The position numbers and the translations under genes are program-made. Positions 38,336 to 47,727 of a DNA stretch of 64,000 bases are shown here, one piece after another. This DNA comes from Patescibacteria group bacterium (GTDB taxonomy: Bacteria > Patescibacteriota > Dojkabacteria > J137). The stretch is taken from positions 581,608 to 645,607 of the forward strand of contig CAUJCN010000002.1 in NCBI GenBank assembly GCA_963169855.1, given 5' to 3'. Every line of letters begins with the position of its first letter. The stretch's first letter is position 1. The notes under the pieces were generated by a model. The model saw nothing but the letters and a program-made list of their open reading frames with translations. It had not been told where the DNA came from and ran no database searches.

Positions 38336-39355
38336 TTAAATATTGAAAATTGGCTTTATTATTCCCACAGCAACTAAAGCAGCGGTAAAGTTAAATATAG
38401 CAAATAGGATAATTATAAATCCTGCAATTTTAAAGAATAATCCTGAATGCATACTTTTTGAAAACTTAGTTGAAGCAAAACTAATTAAGGCAAGCATAGG
38501 CAAAGTCCCTAAAGCAAAGACTAACATTGTAATAGCTCCATTTATAAAACTTCCAGTGGTTAGAGAATAAAGCTGCATAGATTGAGTAAACCCACACGGT
38601 AAAAAGAATGTAACAACTCCTAACAAAATTGGTGTTAAGAAGTTATTTGTTTCTCCAATTTTCATAGCTCTTTTTCCAATAAACTTAGGCATTCGAAGTT
38701 GTAGCTTTTTTGCTGAAGGTAATATTTCAAGCAAGTTGATTGCCATAACAATCATCACAATAAACAATGCTAGATTTAAGATAAATGTCATTATAGGAGT
38801 TAGTACAAAAGCTGAACCCAATAAACCAATTAAACCTCCTAAAAGAAAGAATCCTACGATTCTTGAAATATGAAATAAAACCATTGATTTAGCTTGCTTT
38901 TCTTTTGCATAATTTGATGAGAGTGATAGTACTAATCCTCCAACTACAGCCATACAAGTGGATAGTGAAGCAACTACACCTATTAAAAATACAAATGGTA
39001 GAGTAATTTGTCCATCACCTGAAGCTAGGTTAATTATCCCAGACTTTTGGAGTAATAAAAATCCTCCAAAAAAGCCAATTGCAATTAGCAAACTTAAAAA
39101 GAGTTCCTTCTTACTCCCGCTTGTGACATTTTGTTTAGTGTTTACAATCCTATAACCCTCATTCTCTATAAGTTTGCTTAGCTCTACAGCATCTAATTCT
39201 CTTTCTGACTGAATATAAATTTTACTTTCATTTAGCTTTGCATCAACCTTCTTTACTCCAGCTACCTTAGAAAGTTTTTTTTCAATTAAAAGTTCACATG
39301 CCGCACAATGCATTCCTTCAACAAAAAACTCACATGATTTAAGTTCACCTTCCAT
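38336..39355 (-). CDS. heavy-metal-associated (HMA) domain fused to a CcdA/DsbD-like or TauE-like polytopic membrane domain
   Basis: N-terminal GMHCAACELL metal-binding motif, then about 8 TM helices with an FFLPCGF motif. Confidence 0.55.
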   Translation of the reverse strand: MEGELKSCEFFVEGMHCAACELLIEKKLSKVAGVKKVDAKLNESKIYIQSERELDAVELSKLIENEGYRIVNTKQNVTSGSKKELFLSLLIAIGFFGGFLLLQKSGIINLASGDGQITLPFVFLIGVVASLSTCMAVVGGLVLSLSSNYAKEKQAKSMVLFHISRIVGFFLLGGLIGLLGSAFVLTPIMTFILNLALFIVMIVMAINLLEILPSAKKLQLRMPKFIGKRAMKIGETNNFLTPILLGVVTFFLPCGFTQSMQLYSLTTGSFINGAITMLVFALGTLPMLALISFASTKFSKSMHSGLFFKIAGFIIILFAIFNFTAALVAVGIIKPIFNI

Positions 39356-39357
39356 AT

Positions 39358-41706
39358 TTAAATTTTAATAGTTTTTAATCTTAATGAATTAGATACAACG
39401 GAAACGCTACTTAGAGCCATAGCTAACCCAGCAAATATTGGATTTAATAATATTCCAAAGAATGGAAATAACAATCCTGCTGCAATAGGTATTCCTACAA
39501 TGTTATAGGCAAATGCCCAGAATAAATTCTGCTTTATTGCCCTCATTGTAAATTTAGAGAGTTTAATTGCTTGTAGAACCTTTGAAAAATCACCCTGTAA
39601 TAGGGTTATTTCAGCCGATTCTATGGCAACATCTGTTCCAGTATCCATTGCAATTCCAACATCAGATTGTGCTAAAGCAGGGGCATCATTTACTCCATCT
39701 CCAACCATTGCAACCATATCTCCTTTGGATTGCAATTCTTTAACTTTATCAGCCTTTTCATTTGGTAGCACCTCTGCAATCACTTCATCAATGCCAATTT
39801 GCTCAGCAATAAATTTAGCAGTCTTTTCATTATCTCCAGTTAACATAACTACCTTTATTCCAAGTCTATGCAACTCTTTTACTGTTTCTTTAGCACTTTC
39901 TTTCAAAGTATCTGCTACACCTACTATTGCTAGAATTTCCTTTGAAGTCGCTAAAATTACTGGAGTTTTACCTTGTTCTGTATATCTCGCAATTTGCTCT
40001 TTATCAAAAGATAAACTTAAATCATCAATCAATCTTAAGTTTCCCGCAAAGTATTCTTCACCATTAATTTTACCTTTTAAACCTTTACCTTCAATAATTT
40101 CAAAATCTGAAACCGTTAATATTTCGATATTCTGAGACTTTGCTCTATCTAAGATAGCTTTAGCAATAGGATGCTCTGAGTTTTTTTCTAAAGAAACCAA
40201 AACTTTCAACATCTCTTCATCACTTTTAAATTGGCTACTTAATAAAGAAATATCAGTTACTTCTGGCTCACCTTTAGTTAACGTTCCAGTTTTATCAGTA
40301 ACGATAGTATTTACTTTGTGAAGCTTTTCCAAACTTTCGGCGTTCTTAATTAAAATTCCGTTCTCAGCCCCTTTTCCTGTTCCCACTATAATGGCAGTTG
40401 GAGTAGCTAAGCCCAATGCACATGGACAAGCTATAACCAAAATACCCACAAAACATAATAATCCTAATGATAACGCTTCTGTAAATGGCATAAATTGAGA
40501 ACCGATAACCAGCCAAACAATAAGAGTAATCACAGCAAGTATCAAAACGATAGGAACAAATACTGCTGAAATTCTATCTGCCAATCCTTGAATAGGAGCC
40601 TTTGAACCTTGAGCCTCATCAACCATTTTGATTATGTGAGAAAGTAGAGTTTCTGAACCTACTTTTGTAGCCTTAAATTTAAATGTTCCTTGTTTATTAA
40701 TAGTTCCTCCTATTACCTTATCTTCTACATCTTTATCAATTGGCATTGACTCACCTGTAATCATAGATTCATCTACAGTAGACTTTCCTTCAAGAATTAC
40801 ACCATCTACAGGGATTTTGCTTCCTGGCTTTACAATTACTACGTCACCAGCTTGTACTTGTTCAATTGGAATCTCTAACTCTTTTCCATCTCTTTCCACT
40901 AAGGCAGTTTTAGCTTGTAAGTTTAATAATTTTTCAATTGCTTCACCCGTTCTTAGCTTAGACCTAGTTTCTAAAAATTTTCCTAAATAAATAAATCCTA
41001 TTACCACTATTACAACATCGAAATAAACCATATCTGGTAAATTCAATAATTCTTTAATTGGTGGAAATAGAACCAATAAAGCGCTGTATAAATATGCAGT
41101 CAGAGTCCCTATCCCAACTAACGTATACATATTTGCAACCCTATATTTTGCAAATACGACAACCTCTTTTAAAAAGTCTTTCCCAATCCAGAACAAAACA
41201 ACTGTAGATAATATTAAAGACAGCATTTGGAAAAGTTCATGAGGCAAAAAGAATAAGGGGAACCAATTAAATGCTTGGCTTGCTATCTCCCACAACATTA
41301 AAACAAAAATAAAAATAGTTATTGGCATAACAAATTCAACTTTTTTTTGTTGTTCAGCTAAGTCTTTAAGCTTATCTTCTTTTGATTGATTTAACCCTAG
41401 GTGAGCTGAATGGTCCATGCCTGACATATTATGCATTTCATGATTTGCCATAACTGTTCCATCTGGCATCTGATGCATATCATGGTTTGTCTGTTCCGAT
41501 TGAAGTGAATATCCAAAAGGCTCTATTTCTTTACTCAATTCTTCAACTGTTGTTGCAGCAGGGTCAAATTCAATCTTTGCTTTCTCATTACCATAATTTA
41601 CCTCACAGTTGATTACACCCTTAGACTTCTTTAAAGTTTTTTGAATAGTTATTGCACAACTTGCGCAATGCATGCCTTTTACTGGAATTGTTAATTCTTG
41701 ATTCAT
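39358..41706 (-). CDS. copA: copper-translocating P1B-type ATPase
   Basis: N-terminal HMA (GMHCASCA), His/Met-rich stretch, CPC, DKTGTLT, GDGVNDAP. Confidence 0.9.
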   Translation of the reverse strand: MNQELTIPVKGMHCASCAITIQKTLKKSKGVINCEVNYGNEKAKIEFDPAATTVEELSKEIEPFGYSLQSEQTNHDMHQMPDGTVMANHEMHNMSGMDHSAHLGLNQSKEDKLKDLAEQQKKVEFVMPITIFIFVLMLWEIASQAFNWFPLFFLPHELFQMLSLILSTVVLFWIGKDFLKEVVVFAKYRVANMYTLVGIGTLTAYLYSALLVLFPPIKELLNLPDMVYFDVVIVVIGFIYLGKFLETRSKLRTGEAIEKLLNLQAKTALVERDGKELEIPIEQVQAGDVVIVKPGSKIPVDGVILEGKSTVDESMITGESMPIDKDVEDKVIGGTINKQGTFKFKATKVGSETLLSHIIKMVDEAQGSKAPIQGLADRISAVFVPIVLILAVITLIVWLVIGSQFMPFTEALSLGLLCFVGILVIACPCALGLATPTAIIVGTGKGAENGILIKNAESLEKLHKVNTIVTDKTGTLTKGEPEVTDISLLSSQFKSDEEMLKVLVSLEKNSEHPIAKAILDRAKSQNIEILTVSDFEIIEGKGLKGKINGEEYFAGNLRLIDDLSLSFDKEQIARYTEQGKTPVILATSKEILAIVGVADTLKESAKETVKELHRLGIKVVMLTGDNEKTAKFIAEQIGIDEVIAEVLPNEKADKVKELQSKGDMVAMVGDGVNDAPALAQSDVGIAMDTGTDVAIESAEITLLQGDFSKVLQAIKLSKFTMRAIKQNLFWAFAYNIVGIPIAAGLLFPFFGILLNPIFAGLAMALSSVSVVSNSLRLKTIKI

Positions 41707-41720
41707 ATTTATAAAGGTAA

Positions 41721-42041
41721 TTATTTAATTCCGTACCACTTTTCTTTCCATTGCTTCATCATTTCAATTTCACTTGTTTGGGCGTTCATAATTTCATCTG
41801 CTAACCTAAGTACTTCTTCTCGATTTGACTTCATTTTTGCATCTTCAGCCATCTGTATAGCTCCTTCATGATGTTCAATCATTGCATCTATAAACCTTAA
41901 ATCGTATTTATCATCTGCATTTCCCAGATTATTACTATGCATCATGGATTGTTTTGCATATTCAGGGCTAACCATATATCCAATTCCCAAACCTAGCATT
42001 AAAGCGATTACAGCTAATGAAATAGCTAATAGTTTTGACAT
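41721..42041 (-). CDS. DUF305-family protein (copper-resistance associated), membrane-anchored
   Basis: DLRFIDAMIEHHEGAIQMA matches the DUF305 HH motif. Confidence 0.6.
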   Translation of the reverse strand: MSKLLAISLAVIALMLGLGIGYMVSPEYAKQSMMHSNNLGNADDKYDLRFIDAMIEHHEGAIQMAEDAKMKSNREEVLRLADEIMNAQTSEIEMMKQWKEKWYGIK

Positions 42042-42044
42042 AAT

Positions 42045-42272
42045 TTAATTTTTAATATTTAAATTAGAATATTGGTAACTTTGTAAATCTTCCTTAAATG
42101 CCTTGTCTAAAAGTTGGTTAATTTCATCTTCTGATTTTGATGATTTAAATTCAGCAAAGTTGTTCTCTTGATTAACTTGAACTTCTTCCAGACCTACTTC
42201 TTCCAAAGACATCTTGATTAAATTTACACAGCCAGTACAATGTATTCCTTGTATATTTATTGAATATTGCAT
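42045..42272 (-). CDS. copZ: copper chaperone (HMA domain)
   Basis: GIHCTGC metal-binding motif; 75 aa. Confidence 0.6.
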   Translation of the reverse strand: MQYSINIQGIHCTGCVNLIKMSLEEVGLEEVQVNQENNFAEFKSSKSEDEINQLLDKAFKEDLQSYQYSNLNIKN

Positions 42273-42289
42273 CTTATATTTACTTAAAA

Positions 42290-42697
42290 TTATGAAAATT
42301 TGATTTTGAAACTATACATTCCCATTGAGCACGTTCCGTCTATTTCTGTACCTGGTGCTTGAGCTGCAATAGGAAATTCTGTCTTACCGCTTGCAGGTAG
42401 CATCTTATTTATTCCAAGCTTAGGGATTGTAAAAGCTGAGCTGCAATCAAATGTACTATTTGTAGAAACTCTTAAAATTGTTTCTTTATTAGCTTCTGCT
42501 GTAATTACTGAAGGTGAATAGCCACCTTTAGCTGTTAAATCTATTATCTGCTTATCTCCTGAAGTAGAAACTGCATTCACATTGCCATTTGGTGTAGACT
42601 CTGGTTTATTTGAAAACAGAAAGAACCCTCCAACAATCAGAACTAAAATAACAATTGCTATCAAAATATTATTCGCTACGGACTTTTTAACTTCCAT
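42290..42697 (-). CDS. secreted cupredoxin-like domain protein
   Basis: Signal/TM anchor and the C-terminal GTCSMGMYSFKIKF resembling cupredoxin-like copper-resistance proteins. Confidence 0.35.
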   Translation of the reverse strand: MEVKKSVANNILIAIVILVLIVGGFFLFSNKPESTPNGNVNAVSTSGDKQIIDLTAKGGYSPSVITAEANKETILRVSTNSTFDCSSAFTIPKLGINKMLPASGKTEFPIAAQAPGTEIDGTCSMGMYSFKIKFS

Positions 42698-42718
42698 ACA
42701 AATTAAATAAAATATAAA

Positions 42719-42991
42719 TTATTTAAGGTCGAATATTTTCACTAACTCACTGATAGCTTTTGTTCTATCTTCTTTGAGTTTATCTTCTAAACAATGGTCC
42801 AGGTGCCCTAATAAAAGAGTCTTCTTTGAAGATTGAAGTAAACCTATTGCAGCATCTATCTGCTGGATAATTTCTGGACAATATTTATCTTCCTCAATCA
42901 TTTGCAATATTTTATTTACAGTTCCTAGCGATTTTTTTACCGACAGTGAGGCTTTTTGTTTATCAACTCTTGGTTCTTGGTTGTGATGCAT
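42719..42991 (-). CDS. csoR: CsoR/RcnR-family copper-sensing transcriptional repressor
   Basis: C-x(n)-H-x3-C pattern (YCPEII...GHLDHC). The start is moved to the internal Met MHHNQ (42991) because the listed start would place the operator inside the ORF. Confidence 0.6.
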   Translation of the reverse strand: MHHNQEPRVDKQKASLSVKKSLGTVNKILQMIEEDKYCPEIIQQIDAAIGLLQSSKKTLLLGHLDHCLEDKLKEDRTKAISELVKIFDLK

Positions 42992-43015
42992 AATTTCAAA
43001 ATAATATATTAAACG

Positions 43016-43030
43016 TATACCTGTGGTATA
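43016..43030. promoter_or_regulatory. candidate CsoR operator palindrome TATACC-tgt-GGTATA
   Basis: Perfect 6-3-6 inverted repeat 25 bp upstream of the csoR start. A TATAAT box lies just upstream on the minus strand. Confidence 0.45.
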
Positions 43031-43153
43031 GGTTATTAAATTATACAAAAGGTGTCAATAGAGAAAATGCTTCAGAAGTGAGGGTTAAAAGGAGTGATAT
43101 AATTAATAGAATTTAATAAAAGTTCCATTGAGGGCTGGAGGATAATTCAAATA

Positions 43154-43245
43154 AGGTTCTAACATAGTCCAGTGCTCTCCGCCAAACTGCGCTAAAGCTT
43201 CGTTTGACTTCGCATTTTACTGCGCAAGATCTGCTAAAATATTCT
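43154..43245. repeat. direct repeat copy 2 (attR-like) with decayed tRNA-Ser 3' fragment (AGGTTCtaacatagtccagtgCTCTCCGCCA)
   Basis: Aligns to 38185-38271. It also carries an extended -10 (TGcTAAAAT) placed 7 nt before the ATG at 43247. Confidence 0.6.
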
Positions 43246-43246
43246 T

Positions 43247-43555
43247 ATGGCAAATAAAATTTCTGGAGGGGTAGCTCACAAAATCACTGCAGACATAAAA
43301 GTCGCTTTAAGTTCCGATTCTAAAGCACTAGCTGCATGGGAAAGTCTAACTCCCCTTGCTCGTAATGAATGGATCTGCTGGGCAACTTCAGTAAAAAGAC
43401 AAGAGACTAGAGAAGAACATATCGTTCGGATGATAAAGGAACTAAAGCAAGGGGAGAGGAGACCGTGTTGCTGGTATGGTTGTATTCATAGAAAAGATAA
43501 AGCAGTTAGCCAATCGGTACAGAATGTTGTATTAAATAGATTAAAAAAAAGGTAA
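43247..43555 (+). CDS. YdeI/OmpD-associated family protein
   Basis: LARNEWICWATSVKRQETREEHIVRMIKEL signature; leaderless promoter arrangement. Confidence 0.5.
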   Translation: MANKISGGVAHKITADIKVALSSDSKALAAWESLTPLARNEWICWATSVKRQETREEHIVRMIKELKQGERRPCCWYGCIHRKDKAVSQSVQNVVLNRLKKR

Positions 43556-43849
43556 TTACTTATTAGTCTTTTCCTTCTTTCCTTCTAAGTTCAAAGTGTT
43601 TGATTCGTCACGATGAACTCCTTTGCTTCCAACATGTTTGTCACCTATTTTTGCTCCGTTCTTGATTACGTAAACAATTGCCATTGCGTGTCCTCTTCCT
43701 AATCGAAAATCATTTTTCAACCATTCAACAATTTGACCAGCTTTGGTTTCCGGAGTATCAAGCCCTTTTTCCTTTGCAAGTTTAATAAAATCATTTGGAG
43801 TTTTTCCTGTTTTCTCTTCAATATTGTCTAGGTAAGCTTGAAATGACAT
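43556..43849 (-). CDS. DUF4287-like small protein
   Basis: MSFQAYLDNIEEKTGKTP...WLKNDFRLGRGHAMAI pattern. Confidence 0.4.
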   Translation of the reverse strand: MSFQAYLDNIEEKTGKTPNDFIKLAKEKGLDTPETKAGQIVEWLKNDFRLGRGHAMAIVYVIKNGAKIGDKHVGSKGVHRDESNTLNLEGKKEKTNK

Positions 43850-43879
43850 AAAGTTTGGTTAATAGGTACCTTCGTATAC

Positions 43880-43953
43880 TGTACCCAGGAGGACTCGAAC
43901 CTCTAACCTTTTCTTCCGCAAAGAAATGCTCTATCCAGTTGAGCTATGGGTAC
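43880..43953 (-). tRNA. tRNA-Arg (anticodon GCG), no encoded CCA
   Basis: Manual cloverleaf on the minus strand: acceptor GTACCCA/TGGGTAC, D-stem GCTC/GAGC, anticodon stem TTTCT/AGAAA, loop TT-GCG-GA, T-loop TTCGAGT. Confidence 0.7.
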
Positions 43954-44015
43954 ATCATGAGATTATACCACTATCAAGATTATCAGGATTCTATATACTC
44001 ATGATATAATTAGAT

Positions 44016-44930
44016 ATGTCTGAAAAGGGTTCAAATTTAGATGGGTATGAACTTATAAACAAGAACGAAGTTTTTTTTCGTTATAGAAGTATCGCATTTT
44101 CTAACGATGGAATGAACATCCATGGAAATTCTATATTGTTTGGTCCGACAATAGCAACAAGCCATAGGGCAAAGTTAATTATCAGGCTGGTATTGGCACA
44201 CAGAGTTATTACGGATCTGTATACCTTGGAAAGATTTCTAAAGAGAGCAGAGGCTTCAGTGGTAGCAGGTTTTTCTGTTTTTGATGCATTACCTGCGTCC
44301 ATTCAAAATGGTATGTTTGGAGTGTTCACACGTAATGTTATTGGCATATTATGTGGAGAAAGTTCTAAAAACAACGCAGTAAATAGATTCCAAAAATTTC
44401 CTACAGAAGACATAGAAAAGTTTATTAAATTTGCGGAATTTAAAACAAAACTTACTCAGGTAACGGTTTCGGAGTATTACAGATATAAGGAGTCCCCAAA
44501 TTATTCTTTAGAAATGATGGGTGACAAAAAGTACCGAGATGTTTTTGTAGAACTTGTCTGTGAGAAATTAAATGGTTTATTTGCCAAGTGTTTTCCTGAA
44601 TATTCAGAAGACACATCTACAACTGCAAAAGTCCAGACTGCTATTCAAGAAGAAGTTTCGAATGCATACTATCAATTTAATCGAACGGCCTTTGGTAAAA
44701 GAAAAGAATCTTCTCCAGTTGTAACTTTAAGTTCAAAAATGGATTATCCTCAATACTCTACAGTTTACACATTAGCTGGGGAAGAAATAGCAAATACACT
44801 GGGAAAAGTTGAACTGATCTATGTAGACAAAGACCATCGAGAAATGTACCGATCTTTTTCTTCTTGTCCTTTTACAGATGTAGATGTTGAGTTAGGTTCG
44901 GTGCATATTAGATGTCCAATTGAACATTAA
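44016..44930 (+). CDS. hypothetical protein
   Basis: ORF only. Confidence 0.3.
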   Translation: MSEKGSNLDGYELINKNEVFFRYRSIAFSNDGMNIHGNSILFGPTIATSHRAKLIIRLVLAHRVITDLYTLERFLKRAEASVVAGFSVFDALPASIQNGMFGVFTRNVIGILCGESSKNNAVNRFQKFPTEDIEKFIKFAEFKTKLTQVTVSEYYRYKESPNYSLEMMGDKKYRDVFVELVCEKLNGLFAKCFPEYSEDTSTTAKVQTAIQEEVSNAYYQFNRTAFGKRKESSPVVTLSSKMDYPQYSTVYTLAGEEIANTLGKVELIYVDKDHREMYRSFSSCPFTDVDVELGSVHIRCPIEH

Positions 44931-44937
44931 TTTCCAG

Positions 44938-45516
44938 CTATAGTTTCATGTACTTATCGATTTCTTGATAGTCTCCATTAATAATCTTAGACAGGAAATT
45001 AAAGCCTACTTCTTCCTTTCTACCGTAATCAGTATATTTCAGAAGGACTTCGAATATTTCCTGGTCTTTTCCTTCGTCATCAACAATCATAGAGATTCTT
45101 TTAGTGACTTTGCTTCCTTCGATTGGCTGTTCTAAGTGAAGAATCTTAACTCCATTTTTATCTGAAAACCAGAAGTTAGAAATTTCCTTCCATTTATAAA
45201 GATTATCAAATGCTCGAACCCCAATTGTAGTTATTGAGTGATCAACAATTTTTGGTGGAATGTATGCTTGAGCAAACCATAAAAACATAAAGGCAAGAAC
45301 GCCTAGAATCATTATGAACTCACCAAGAATTGCTAGTGCTGAAATAATTAATACAAAAAACAAGCTATAGGCTAAGTACCAGCTTCGATCTCTTTTCTCC
45401 CAGTATCTTTCCGGCGAAGACCAAGTTACTAAATTCTTAAATACAATTTTCTCGTTATCTTGAAGACTTGTGTGTAAACCTGTGTTCATACAATCAGTAT
45501 AAGGGAAAAAGGCCAA
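44938..45516 (-). CDS. membrane hypothetical protein
   Basis: Two central TM helices. Confidence 0.3.
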   Translation of the reverse strand: MAFFPYTDCMNTGLHTSLQDNEKIVFKNLVTWSSPERYWEKRDRSWYLAYSLFFVLIISALAILGEFIMILGVLAFMFLWFAQAYIPPKIVDHSITTIGVRAFDNLYKWKEISNFWFSDKNGVKILHLEQPIEGSKVTKRISMIVDDEGKDQEIFEVLLKYTDYGRKEEVGFNFLSKIINGDYQEIDKYMKL

Positions 45517-45711
45517 AGGTTAAAGATGAAAGGCTAAAAGATAGAAGTCAAAACCCTTCTCCAAAATTTCGCCCAGAGGCACTCGAAGGACATAGGGTAA
45601 GAAGTGTAAGGTTAAGAAAGATTCAAGCGATAAAGTGATCCTGTTGAGAAACCCGAGAACTCATCTGGGCTAAAAGCCCATCTTCCCGTTCTCAAAGTAA
45701 AGAAAGTACAA

Positions 45712-47571
45712 TTATTGTTCTTGCGGTACAGGGTTTGCTGTAGGTTTCTCTTCAACTTTATTTAGATTAGAAGCTGGAATCGAAATTACTTTCTTTGGCT
45801 TTCTCATCAATTTATTAAGTACAAATTTGACCAATTTATATGCCACCGGAACGATTAATAAGAAAGCGATTAAAACAATTAGTGGATTCATCAAATCTTT
45901 ATTCCTTTCGTAAAAGTTTTTAATTCCATTCAATCCAAATTGGATTGCCATTTCTCTGGATCTGGCAGCACCATTACTTTCCGGATAATTGTTTAAAACT
46001 TCTTCCTGCGACATTCCTGTAAGTTCAGTTTCAGATGGAACGACTCTAAGTTGTCGATCTTCTAAAGTTCCTAAGTCACCTACATAAGCAACTTCGACTG
46101 GAGCAGGGGTATTAGGATTGTCACTCGCTATGTGAATGTAAAAGTGATTTAAGTCTCCACCTATAAGTTCTGGGGCACTTTCTCCCCAGGTTGTATCAAC
46201 ACTAACCCAACCGAGTTCGGGGATATAAACTTCTACCCACTGGTGCTCAGAAGAATCCGAGCTATCAATTCCAGTGTACCCATATCCGAATACAGCTCTC
46301 GCAGGAATCCCAACCGATCTCAGCAAGGCAATGTACAGATCTGAATATTCCATACAAACTGCAGCTCCGCCACGAAGAGTTGTTAATGCTCCTTGTCTTT
46401 CGTTAATTCCAAATCTTTTAACATTGCTGTAGTCGATCTTGTCGATCACATACTCATAAAGTCTTTCTGCAATTTCGTAAACAGGAGACTTATCAGTAGT
46501 TAAATTACCTAGAGCAGAAATAGCCGCAGCTTTAACATCTGGCTCGTTGGCTTCCCAGAAATTTGCAGATTGTGTGTTCTCCTGAATAACCTCTGCAGGA
46601 ATTGCTGATAATAATCCAGTGTATCTGGAATAATCTATGCTAGTTTTTTTCAGTTTGGCAAATCCTTTAATCGAAATTTCTCCTTCTGTCGCAGCAGAGA
46701 TCGAAAATTCTGCAATTAAGTTTCCATTTTCATCTTTTCGAATCGAAGTTGGAGCAGGGGAGAATGATTCAAAAAATACTGACTGCTCAATATTACCGCT
46801 CTTTATGTTTCTTGGAATAATTAATTTGAAAGTATTTGCTCCAAAAATAAAGTCACTAGATTTTTGATATTTCTGAATAATTTCGAATTCATAAGTTTGA
46901 TCAGTACCAATTTCTATCCATCCACTTCTTCCTAAAAGATCTTCTTGTTTAAATCGAACATAGTAATAAGTTGCATCTTGAGTTACTTCGCCATTAGGTA
47001 TAGCAAAACTTAAACTTCCTAAAGTTTTTGGAATTTTCACCAAAGTGTTAATGACTTCTCTTCGATTGCCATCGTTGAAAACAAAATCAGTTGAGAGCCC
47101 AGGTATGAATACGTCTCTAACTTTTCCACTTTTATAAATTATTCCCTTAGACCTATATCCAACATAAACTGTAAAAGGTGTTCCTGCTTCGATATTTCTA
47201 TCGAAAGTCACACGAAGGTTTGGATTTGTGCCAGTTTCTTCAATTCTGTAATTAGTGTATGCAGATCCATTCGCTCTTGTTATAGAAAGACTATTCAAGG
47301 TATCGGGCACATTGCTTATTAGTTCTTCGTCGGGTCGAATGTCTGCAAAAAGTGTTGTTAAATCTTCGTTTCCAGCAGCAATGTAAATATCAGACTGATC
47401 GATATTGATTGTTCGTTTCTCTGTTACTTGAACGTAATCATCTACAACCTCATAAGTTCTATCAATAGTTCTTGTGTATTGTTGAGCAGAAACAATGTTA
47501 GCCAACAAAAAGAACCCAGAAACGGGCAATAAAGCTACTATCAATTTGTATCCAGTTACAGTGAATTTCAT
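45712..47571 (-). CDS. secreted/membrane-anchored transglutaminase-like cysteine protease superfamily protein
   Basis: Signal peptide, Cys-His-Asp core (GGAAVCMEYSDLYIALLRSVGIPAR, HQWVEVY), C-terminal TM. Confidence 0.65.
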   Translation of the reverse strand: MKFTVTGYKLIVALLPVSGFFLLANIVSAQQYTRTIDRTYEVVDDYVQVTEKRTINIDQSDIYIAAGNEDLTTLFADIRPDEELISNVPDTLNSLSITRANGSAYTNYRIEETGTNPNLRVTFDRNIEAGTPFTVYVGYRSKGIIYKSGKVRDVFIPGLSTDFVFNDGNRREVINTLVKIPKTLGSLSFAIPNGEVTQDATYYYVRFKQEDLLGRSGWIEIGTDQTYEFEIIQKYQKSSDFIFGANTFKLIIPRNIKSGNIEQSVFFESFSPAPTSIRKDENGNLIAEFSISAATEGEISIKGFAKLKKTSIDYSRYTGLLSAIPAEVIQENTQSANFWEANEPDVKAAAISALGNLTTDKSPVYEIAERLYEYVIDKIDYSNVKRFGINERQGALTTLRGGAAVCMEYSDLYIALLRSVGIPARAVFGYGYTGIDSSDSSEHQWVEVYIPELGWVSVDTTWGESAPELIGGDLNHFYIHIASDNPNTPAPVEVAYVGDLGTLEDRQLRVVPSETELTGMSQEEVLNNYPESNGAARSREMAIQFGLNGIKNFYERNKDLMNPLIVLIAFLLIVPVAYKLVKFVLNKLMRKPKKVISIPASNLNKVEEKPTANPVPQEQ

Positions 47572-47727
47572 CTGGGTAAATTATACAATTTATAGTATAT
47601 AATGACGATGTTCAGTAAAAATCGGTGTACATGAGAAAAGACACGAAAGTACAAAATTCGAAGATTGAAAAAGTCATCTGGCCCTAAATTATTAATCTAA
47701 AGACCTTTTGCTTCTAGCACTTTAATT

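Larger units (their letters stand above)
38211..43245. mobile_element. integrase-less genomic island carrying copper-resistance genes, inserted at the tRNA-Ser 3' end
   Basis: Bounded by the two direct repeats; the distal repeat contains a decayed tRNA 3' fragment. The cargo is cop genes only. Confidence 0.5.

Noticed and set aside
38110-38339. Two overlapping 69-70-aa ORFs on the plus strand.
   Set aside because: They sit on tRNA-Ser and the direct-repeat region. They have no coding signal and are explained by the tRNA.
39623-40135. A 170-aa antisense ORF inside copA. Similar antisense ORFs lie inside ftsK, argS and the 756-aa gene.
   Set aside because: They are fully embedded opposite strongly supported CDSs and have low-complexity composition.
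38211-43245. An integrase, excisionase or transposase within the copper island.
   Set aside because: Every ORF of at least 60 aa in the interval is accounted for by cop genes, and no recombinase-like sequence was seen.
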